Positions 54,376 to 64,000 of a stretch of 64,000 nt of DNA are shown in pieces (position 1 is the stretch's first letter; the number at the start of each line of letters is the position of its first letter). The translations under genes were made by a program, and so were the position numbers. Source of the stretch: the human T2T-CHM13v2.0 reference genome, Homo sapiens; assembly GCF_009914755.1 (NCBI RefSeq), contig NC_060927.1, one strand, 5' to 3'. The notes beneath the pieces were generated by a model that did not search any database, was not told where the DNA came from, and saw nothing but the letters and a program-made list of their open reading frames with translations.

Positions 54376-55839
54376 CCTTTTTTACAGCATTTGGCTGTCA
54401 CTAGCTGTTATTAATGCTAATGTAAAGTATGTGCTTTTGGGCATTCTTAGAAGTGAGGGACAGAAGACACACTCCGTAAAATAGCCCCCTTGTCTTTAGT
54501 TGAATCTGCTCTTAATGGTGCATCCAGCTCATTAAACATTTGACCAGTCACCAGTCAGCATACTTATAAATATGAAAACTTGACAATGCAGTCTGGGAAC
54601 ACAACATTTCTATTAGCTTTGAAGGCATATGGGGTGCAATTGAATTTTATAATACTGAAGAGTGGAAACTTGACATTTCAGAGACATAGAATTAAACCAC
54701 TGGAGATAAAAATAAGGAGAAACTGAAGCACAATTCCTAGAAAATAGTATATCTAAAGAATTATTTGGAAAACCTGGTAATACCGTCTAGGCTTAGAATA
54801 TCTTAGATCATTTTCCAAGGTAAGGGCATCATCTACATAGTTTATCACTATTTTCTTTGTTTATACCACAGTGCTTGGCAATTCGTTGTCCAAATTTTTA
54901 TGTTTAAGATGACCTTGAAAAAAATTAAGATATGTCTACCAACACTGCCAGGTTCTGCAAATAGTCTTTTTAACCTTAAACTGAAGGAGATTATTTACAT
55001 ATGTGATCTTGAAAAGAGTTTTTGGCCATTATGATGCATGTTAGCACTTGCAAGTTGGTTTTCGTAATTAGCACACCAGATATGGTTGTATTTATTTTAT
55101 GTGCTTTATCTGCAATTTAGAGAGCAAGCTCAAGGTTAATGGAACTTCTAGTCTTAAAATAAACCTTTTTTTTGGCACAAGAATTTGAATTCTCAATAAT
55201 TCAGCATGAAAACTTTCTTATTTAGTTAAGTGTTCTATTTTAAAGGTACTAAGCCCAATATTTACTAACCTATGATCACTAAGGATAAAAGGTAAGTCAT
55301 GTAAATCCCTGTACTAGTGTAAGTTTGGATTAATGTAATTGGTGATGAGCTTCAGTCCTCTGCCTAGCCTATGTTCTCAAGGAATAGGGCAGTATAACAT
55401 ACTTAGGTTCTTAGGGCGGGGTTGGCAGTGGGAAATTTAGGAAGGGCTTAAGGCTGGGAAGATTACAGCAAGTAATTACAAGTGGAAAAGTTGGCAGGAA
55501 ATATCCATGTACCATGATTGGGTCTCCTGACCCATTCTCCATGGATCAAGACAACTATATGTGGCACCTACCAACTGGGAGATTTCTGGAGTTGTTGGTA
55601 GTGTCCTGGCCATCCCAGCCTGCCACAAGATTCAGAATTACCCCCACTAATGTTTAAGCAACAGTTTACAACCTCCAGGTAACATCAAACTATAACTGGA
55701 ACCTGAAAGAATATGGGTCAATTAGCCAAATTCCTGGAACTCTCCTCTATCTAGCTGCCCAGGCTCATCTTAGTAGCAATCTCAAAGTTGTATATTTTTC
55801 ATCCTACTTAACCATGTTATGGTGGGGTTTAACAGTATA

Positions 55840-56022
55840 GGTACTACATCATTGACTATAAGACACCATTGATTAAAGATGAAATATTACTTTAAACACC
55901 ACTAATAAAAGAAAAGGAACTTGACATACTATAAAATGCTATCAATTATCATTTAAATCCCAATTTCACAGATATTAAAATGTGAAAAAAAAAACCTGCA
56001 TCTTGGAATCTATGAAATTCAG
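55840..56022. mobile_element. Kanga/MER104-like Tc2 DNA transposon remnant
   Basis: CCCAATTTCACAGATATTAAAATGTGAAAAAA..TGCATCTTGGAATCTATGAAAT terminal motif. Confidence 0.55.
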
Positions 56023-56887
56023 CCATTTAAATTGAGATAAAAACAGATGAACCTACATAAAATATGGTAACACTGTTTTGTCTTTTTTATGGTATCAATT
56101 AAGGATTAATTTAACTTTGGTTTTAATGACAAACTCAGATTAAAACTTTTTTTTCCAAGATTTTGAGATCTTTAGATAGCTATATTATATTATACTTTTC
56201 TTCTGCTTCTCGTTTAGCCTAGCATTTTCTGTGCCATAGTCTTTCTCAGGCTTCCAGTCTTAGTTCTGATGGCATCTTTCTATCTTGTCCTTCTTTATTG
56301 CCATATAGGGAAAAATTCTGCCTGATAGCACTACGTTAGCAAAAGCCAAAAAGAAGAAAGACTGTGACGATATAGTGCATGTAAATAACAATATTAAGAC
56401 CCCTTTGATGTTCTTTTCTCAAACATAAAGAAGTTAATTTTCTCTGTTCTCTGACCATTTAGCTACATTTAAAGGATAAATCCCCTGCATGTTATTGGCT
56501 TGATTTTTGAAAAACTTCTTGAAGCTGTCAAAAGGACTTTTAATAGTTTTTCTCTTATCCTGATTCTAGGCCAGTAATTTCATGAAGAAGGGCCTCCAGG
56601 TTTTCAGCTTATTCTAATTCCTCCTAGGTTCCTGCCTGTAATTTGGTTTGAGCCCACATCATCAGGAAGGTCTCTTAGCAATCTCAGTAATAAGCTTGCT
56701 TCCCTCTATCTCTTTGACCAATCAAAGGCTAAAAAAAATTATCTTTAGAAGTTCAGCTAAGTCAAGCTGCAGCTTTTCCAAAGTAAATTTTACTAACAAA
56801 ATAGGAAAAAAAAAGCTTCAAAATATTTTCAAATAAAAATTAAAAGTTCAAATTCAAACATTTCTTTAGGTGAATTATTCATGTATT

Positions 56888-57870
56888 AATTCATTTAGCT
56901 AACATTTATAGAGCCTCTGCAATGTCCCAAACACTGGGCTAGAAAGAGGCGATATCAAGATGAGCATGACTAGCTGGGAGACACACATGGCAAAGCATGG
57001 TCATATTAGCTTCCACCATGGGTCATGGGAGGAGGACAAAGGCAATAGTTAATGCCTTCAGTGGCACCTGGAGAAAGAGCTGGCTTTAAGAGGCTATGAC
57101 ATCTTATCTGAGGCTGAAAGAATAGAATAGAAATATTCCCACAGAAAGTAATGGAGAATTTCCAGCCAAAAACCACCCCTGCGAAGGCCCAGGGGTAATG
57201 CTCCAGGGCAAGGCGAGTGTATGTCTGAGTTTGGTAAAGGGTGAAGTCTAGAGGTGAAAAAAAAAAGATGTGGAGACCAACAGGTACAAAGGCACTTGAT
57301 CATGAGATTTCTATGGGCCAGATTTTATCTTAAGGTAACAGGATGCTGCTGAAAGGAGGACCATAATGTGGTCAGATTTGCCTCTCACAAGAGCAATCCT
57401 CATAACACAATGGTGTGACTGATGGATTGGAAAGAGGTTTTGAGCAAATATAGGAGAAGATATTATACCAACATATACTCATAAACACCGAAACAAGAGA
57501 TGATAACTTGTAAGAAGGCAGTAATCATGCATTGAACTTACTAGTTAAACTTGATGATATGTGTCTGGAATTCAGGATACAAACTTGACTTTGAGACAAA
57601 CATTTGGGAATCACCAGGAAATAAATAATAGTTGGGATAAGAAAGTGAATGTCACCACTGTATTGCAGTAAAGGAGAGAGATAAAACCCTGGCCCCCTGA
57701 GCACTCTGGCATCTCATAGGCAGTTGGGTCAAGTAACACTAAAGAAGAAATTGCTTTCTGAGAGGTCAGAACAAAAATAAGGGGAGAGGATCACAGAAAC
57801 CAAAGAAGAAAAATACACTGGTCAAATGATGCAAATGAATGTAATTATTATTTGGAATCAAAGTATTCCT
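56888..57870 (-). mobile_element. L2 fragment
   Basis: ATTCATTTAGCTAACATTTATAGAGCCTCTGC..ACACTGGGCTAG, GCGAAGGCCCAGGGG, TGTGGTCAGATTTG, CATTTGGGAATCACCAG. Confidence 0.68.
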
Positions 57871-58375
57871 TGGATTCAGAAATTATGAAAATTTAAAGAG
57901 TATAGTGAGGACCATTTCACAGGTTGCTTGCAGCCTTTTGTAGAACCATTAGCCCAGATTTTACTGTCTTATCTCAGACTGCATAGACCTTGGGAATTTC
58001 CCTATTTATGATCTTATTTGTAGTTCATCTTCTCTTCAAGAGAGCAAATAACTGCACAGTAGCCTAAGGAGCATCCCTTTAGCAGGTGAGAGCAGATAAC
58101 TACTGTACAGGGTTGACTGCCTCTCCTGGTAGAAACAAACCATTCAGTAGTCTCCTGACTGTGCCGGAGTTGTTCCCCGGTAAAATTCTACCACTTGACT
58201 CTTATGAAGGTCAGAAGGTGATCTGCTCATATCCCCTTTCAGCAAGTGAACTAATAAATTGCCCTCAGTTTTGCTCTAGGCATATTTTTTCCGAGAATAG
58301 TTTCTCCCTTGACAGGAAGAAGGTTAAAAACTCTTTCTCTGGCCAAAATATTGGCTTAATGTTGGCCATCTAGTA

Positions 58376-58722
58376 CCGTGGTCCTCATCATTCTTGGCAT
58401 TAGGAACTGGTTTTGTAGAAGATAAGTTTTCCGTTGACAGGGGTGTTGGGGAGGGGGTTGGTTTCAGGGTGAAGCTCTTCCACCTCAGATCGTCAGGCAT
58501 TAGTTAGATTCTCAAAAGGAGTGTGCAACCTAGATCCCTGTAATGTGCAGTTCACAATAGGGTTCCCAATCCAATGAGAATCGAATGCCCCTCTGAAATG
58601 ACAGGAAGCGGATCTCAGGCGGTAGTGCTCGCTTGCCTGCTGCTCACCTCCTGCTGTGCAGCCCGGTTCCTAACAGGCCATGGATGGCTACTGGTTTGCG
58701 GCCCCAGGGTTGGAGACCCCTG
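58376..58722 (+). mobile_element. MER1B hAT-Charlie element
   Basis: CTTCCACCTCAGATCGTCAGGCATTAGTTAGATTCTC...CCCGGTTCCTAACAGGCCA...GGTTGGAGACCCCTG; perfect 8-bp TSD ATCTAGTA at 58368-58375 and 58723-58730. Confidence 0.93.
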
Positions 58723-59200
58723 ATCTAGTAGGTTTCTGATCATTGATGATTTTTATTGGTTTCTCTGAATATCTTAGTTATATACACTTTTAGTATCACA
58801 TAGGAGACCCTCAATTTCTCAGCCAGGGTGTAGCCATTTGAATTTCTGAATTCTTAGTGGTTTCCACTACTAGAAACACTATATCATTTCCCCTGAATTT
58901 TCTTTCTTTATTACTGACCTCCTGCCCATTCTCACCTTGACCCTTCTGGTTGTAGCAATCCCATTCTGTCCTACTTTTGTATTCTACTGACCCAGCAAAG
59001 CTAAATGCACCCTGACATTTTCAAGCTTACTTCTGAATCAGGCCTCTGACCTACATTACTTTCATAAATGATATGCCCTTTTTTCCCTCTTAAAAATTTT
59101 AAGACAAGTCATAGAAGACATAATATGCTTTATAAATTAAAGGATCCCCTCACCCCACATTATGGAAATAGTATTACAAAGAACTTTTAAAACTCAAAAG

Positions 59201-59492
59201 TCATGCCTGTAATTCCAGTGCTTTGGGAGGCAAAAGCAGGAGGATCACTTGAGGCCAGGAGTTTGAAAACAACTTGGGTAACACAGTGAGACCCCATCTC
59301 TACAAAAAAAAATTTAAATAAAATTAGCTGGGCTTAATGGTGCACACCAGTAGTCCCAGCTACTGAGGAGGCTGAGGCAGGAGGATTGCTAGAGCCCAGG
59401 AGTTTGAAGTTACAGTGAGCTATACTGTACTCCAACCTGGGCAACAGAGTGAGAACCTGTGTCTAAAATATTTAAAGTAAAAATAAAAATAA
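59201..59492 (+). mobile_element. AluJ (Jr/Jo-like), slightly 5'-truncated
   Basis: TCATGCCTGTAATTCCAG..GGAGGATCACTTGAGGCCAGGAGTTTG..GGAGGATTGCTAGAGCCCAGGAGTTTG. Confidence 0.9.
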
Positions 59493-61787
59493 GTCAAAAC
59501 AATGCATGAAAGGCAAAAAAAAAAGTTATTGTTATACTACGCCAGTATTTTAACATTTTGTTGAAATTCATTTTTAGTTTTATTTCCAGTCAGAGATATT
59601 TAAAATATTTGCTTTCAACACATATTGTACACATAATTTTGTATCGTGACTTGTTCACTAAAGGTTTCTAAGTAGAAATACTAGCAAATAAATATGAGCA
59701 AAGTTAAGTGAAATTTTACTTCAGTAGCAGTACCTAGATGTTTATGTCATCATAATTTTAAGCCCCTTTTTATACATAATTTTTAATTAACTTATTTTTT
59801 ATTGAATTTTTAATCTTAACAAGTGAACAGTTGTAAATATTGTTAAAATTGGCTGCAAGAAATAAACACTTTAAATATAACATCCAGAAAACAATATTAT
59901 ATTTGTGTGTATTAGCTTCTTGGACTCAACTTGTGCTAATTCAGTATACAATATTTAATAAAATATTCAACATTTTCTATACATTTATTAAAGTGTTGTT
60001 TTAATTATGATTGTAGAAGACTATAAATCTTTATAATTATTTGTTTGTAATTTACCCAATTATGTATCAGGCCAGACCTCAAGAAAAGGAGAAATATTAG
60101 GCTAAAATATCAATGTTTTATTTGTCCAGGAACTTCAGTCTGTATCAGTTTGTATAAATTTTGCTGCCCCCAATTTTTTGATCCCCATTTATCTTGCAGT
60201 CTAAAAATACTTTCAACAATGGTTAAAAAAAAAAAATAATTCAGGCCATCATCATTTTGGCTTTGTTACAGTCAATGATTCTCTGCTCCTCAACTAAGAC
60301 CAAGCATTGCAGTCTAGGTAATCTTTCTGAAGTAGCAATGCCTGGTTCCTAATGTGTACTCTTTAAGCAGTATTTCCACAATTATTACCTCTTGATATAA
60401 TGTAATCATTTACAGTTAAGAATATCAAATAACTATCTCCTAAGTCAACTGATTTGTCTCAATGAATTTATTAAAAATAAAGATGCATTTGTTAATAATA
60501 AAAATCCCCTAATTATTCCAATATACCATTGAAAATCTTTTCTTCTAAAATATTTAGCTCCTATAGTAAAAATCCTGTCTGGAAGATCTAAAGTGTCCTA
60601 TTTTGGCTGAAATACTAAATTAAAACTTAACTGTTGTTGAAAAATGACAAAAATACCCCACTTTATTTTAAATAAACTATGAATGTCTCTATTACACAAA
60701 CAATGGAAACCTGAAAAATGGAAAATATTTCTGAATCTAATAACTCCTTTTTGAAAATAAGTGACAATTAAACATCACTTTTCTACATACATGGTGTGAC
60801 ATTTTCATTTTGTTCCAAGGTATTTTACTTTTTGTGTGATTCTTGAGTTTGTAAACATGCCATAATATTTAGTGATTGTATAATGATGATTTCATGGTCC
60901 TAGCTTAGTATAAAGGTAGCTCAACAGAGCAGCAAAATCAATTTCCTTTTTTCCTTTGTGGAAAGAGACAAAAGGAAATTGAATGCAAAGTTTGCATTAA
61001 GACCATATTAGAATTATGACTCAACAATCTATTACACATGAAGTGGAAACCAGGTGTATCCAAGTGTTAGTTATTGTGCTATTATATTCAGCCAATGGGT
61101 TAAGTTCAAACAACCCTTTGCTTAACCCATGCCATGTTGTTACCCACAATGTTCCAAATGCATATGACCTGACACTATCTCTTGTTGTCTCCTCTTGCCA
61201 AAGGTACTCAGAGGCAGGACTGTCCCTAGGCAAAATCGTGAAGTAGGTGAATCTTGTATTCATTCCCGACCCTTTTGCAATGAAAATCTCACCTTAGATT
61301 CTCTCCACCTCCCTCTCCCAAGGTACCTACTCTAGTTACTCATTCCTCTGGATTTACCCTCTGTTTTCCAGGGAGCTCATGCTAACTCCTGTTCCCCAAT
61401 CACTCTTTAAGTATATAATGTCCCCGCTCTGAAATACTCAGTAGCTCCCCCAAGAGGAGCTGGGCAATCAAGATCCTCCATCCTTACCTTTTGAGTCTTA
61501 TTTCCCACTCTCCCCTTTACATGTTCTACTGAAAACAGCTCACTCACCTTTCCATTTTTATTTACACACCTTTTTCCATAGTACTCCTTTTTGCCTGAGC
61601 TGGCCTTGACCTCTCATCTCCATCTGTGGAAATTCTCCTCATCTTTCAGGGCTCTGCTCAGCTGTACTTCCCTACATGCCTTATCTGATCACCCCCAGCC
61701 TCTCTCATCTGCACCCCATCCATACCACTCATATGGCACTTAACACATATTGCTTTGTATTATAATATTTATGTATGTGTCTTGTCT

Positions 61788-61995
61788 CCAGGCACTGTGC
61801 TGGGCGCTTTACAAACGTAATCTCTTTTAAATTTCACAACAATCTGATGAGGTAGGTATTATTAAACCATTTAAAAATTGAGGAAACTCAGGCTCAAATA
61901 GGTTAAATAATTTGCCCAAAGTCACACTGCTACAAAGTAACAGAGCTAGAACTTGAACTCAGGTCTGTCTTATTTCAAAACATGATTTCCACTGT
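61788..61995 (-). mobile_element. MIR SINE
   Basis: CCAGGCACTGTGCT..GAGGAAACTCAGGCTCA..GGTTAAATAATTTGCCCAAAGTCACAC..GAACTCAGGTCTGTC. Confidence 0.85.
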
Positions 61996-63297
61996 ACCCT
62001 ACTGATGTCAATTCCTTTCCATCTTCTGAAAGATAGGATGGGGGTTTAAGATGAAGAAGGAGGTCAACATAGATTTTTTCCTTAACAAATGTGTGTTGAA
62101 GAAAGACAGTTTATTGATAATTACTGTATTCCTAGCTAGAATTGATTGGTTAGCTAGAATCTATGAGGAATTCAAGTAAAATGCAAGAAAAAATTCTTAA
62201 GTGGCCAGAACAAACAAGCATGGCATAAAAAGAATGTTCAAGACAGTTTGTAATTCAGGAGGGGCTAGATAGCATTGGTCTCTTTGAGCACCGTAGGAAA
62301 ATAAGTACAAGGAAAAAGAAATAAATGTGCAGTTGACTAGGGAAGGCTTCCTATAAGTCCCCAGGACTTAAACAATTTGAGATAATTAGTAGACTGAATA
62401 TATGACTATCATCCTAAATCTCTCATGCACTAATAATATCTCGATTGAATGTAAAGCCCACCTGTTTTATTCTGCCTGCAGTGCCGCATCTTGGATAAAT
62501 TAGGGGAGAGAAGCTTAGTGTTCCTAAGAGGGAAATCTAATTCCAAATGGACAGCTTTTACGACTGCCCTTTCCTGTGCCTGAGACCAGAGAGTTTCAGC
62601 TAAGTCCTAGACAGCTCCATTCTGTGTTCAGCCTAAGGCCAACCTCCAGCCAGTCATGTGGCAGAGCCTTCATCCTGGGAAGAATTTAAACTTAGAATCT
62701 TTGTTCATCTTGACACCACTATCTTCTTGCCTCTCCCATGGCAAAAAAACAAAAACCTTTTTTCTTTTCTGCTGTCGTATTCTATTCTCATTTCTCAGTC
62801 CCCCAGCTTGTCATATTATCAGTTGCATATTTCTTTAACATGAATGAGATTCATAAATTTAAAGAGGTCATGCAGTTATCATTAAACATGTGTTCTCAGT
62901 GCACCTCTGTTAACTTCTGACAGTCATTTCAATTCTGTTTGCAAACTCCGTTTCAATTTATGTATGCTCCCTTTATACCAATTCCATTCACATGTGACTC
63001 TACACTTTTGTTCCTCATACCAATCTTCATAATAATTTAAAATTTAGTATTTATGGAAATACTGCATGCAATCTAAGCTTGAAAGCAGCAGGCTATACTG
63101 TACATCAGGCCCTCTGTTAGAAGATTGAGAATTTTCATGTCAATTATAAGCTAAATTTGAGGATTTCAATGAGCCCAACAAGAAAACCATCCTCAACCAC
63201 AATGGAAAAATAAAAAAACTCAAACAGGCAAGGTATTTTGTTTTCTTTAAAATGTCTATGGTTTCTTATCCTTTACAAAACTCTTCATAGCTCATCC

Positions 63298-63460
63298 ACT
63301 TTTTTTCTAACTTTTTATTTTGAAGAATTTATAGACTCACAGGAAGTTACAAAATAAATGTACAGTGATGTCCTGTTTACCTTTTACTAAGTTTCTCCCA
63401 ATTGTTATATTTTAAGTAATTATAGTACACTATCAAAGCCAGGACATTGATGTTGATCTA
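63298..63460 (-). mobile_element. L1MC-like 3' end fragment
   Basis: TTTTTATTTTGAAGAATTTATAGACTCACAGGAAGTTACAAAA..CTATCAAAGCCAGGACATTGA. Confidence 0.7.
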
Positions 63461-63514
63461 ATTCAGTTTTAAATTCGAAAAAAGAAAAAAAAATCTACCC
63501 TAAAGATAACTTAC

Positions 63515-63682
63515 TTGAACAGTTTTAAATTCCATTCAACATTGTAAGCATTGTAAGTATTAACCATGCTGACAGTCCTGGTAAACAAAGGATGGTATGC
63601 CCATATGGCCACAGAGAAACTTTCCCCATATTGTTGGATATTGATACTCAGGTCTAATTTAATTCTTGGGCCAATGTCATAG
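63515..63682 (-). other. Candidate spliced exon (168 nt, one open frame, phase-symmetric); host gene not recognised
   Basis: Minus strand: CTGAT branch-like motif, CTCCTTTCCATTCCTCAG acceptor, CAA|GTAAGT donor; open frame YDIGPRIK...WNLKLF. Confidence 0.35.
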
Positions 63683-63704
63683 CTGAGGAATGGAAAGGAG
63701 CCCA

Positions 63705-63885
63705 TATCAGAAGACTTGGGTTGAAATCTGGTTCTGCCTCCAAATGTGTGACCTTGAGCAAGTCACTTGACCTTTCCAAGCTTCAGTGTCTTCATCTATA
63801 AAATGGAGAAAATACTCCTCCTGCCTACTTCATAGGATTGTTGTGAGGATCAAATGTGATGATGTACATGAAGGAACAAGGTAGA
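63705..63885 (+). mobile_element. MIR SINE
   Basis: TGTGTGACCTTGAGCAAGTCACTTGACC..CTTCAGTGTCTTCATCTATAAAATGG..GATTGTTGTGAGGATCAAATG. Confidence 0.85.
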
Positions 63886-64000
63886 CTGTGAATCAGCACT
63901 CATGAAGTTTATATTCTTTTCAGAAACTATATCCAGTTATAGAGAAGTGTACTTTTTCAGAGGTGGTCTTATTCCTAAAAACAAAACATAACTACCTCCT

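Overview
AT-rich, CpG-depleted primate (most likely human) non-coding DNA, either intronic or intergenic. I recognise no protein-coding gene and cannot name the locus. Most ORFs in the track are Alu, L1 or simple-repeat artefacts, or chance ORFs. The window holds about 10 Alu elements, several L1s (a long L1M, L1PA 3' ends, an internal L1P fragment), MaLR solo LTRs (THE1, MLT1), hAT and Tc2 DNA-transposon fossils, L2/MIR remnants and microsatellites. The most unusual structure is a nested retrotransposition complex at about 32.0-34.9 kb. There an old L1PA is flanked by a ~220-bp direct duplication of its target. The second copy was later hit by a polyadenylated, TSD-flanked retrocopy of a chimeric transcript: ~530 nt of non-viral sequence ending in a HERV-W LTR17 U3-R. 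Also present are a tailless 5S rRNA retropseudogene, a second ancient ~240-bp local duplication, template-switch scars, and a 168-nt open, phase-symmetric candidate exon on the minus strand near the right end. Subfamily calls come from remembered consensus sequences and are approximate.
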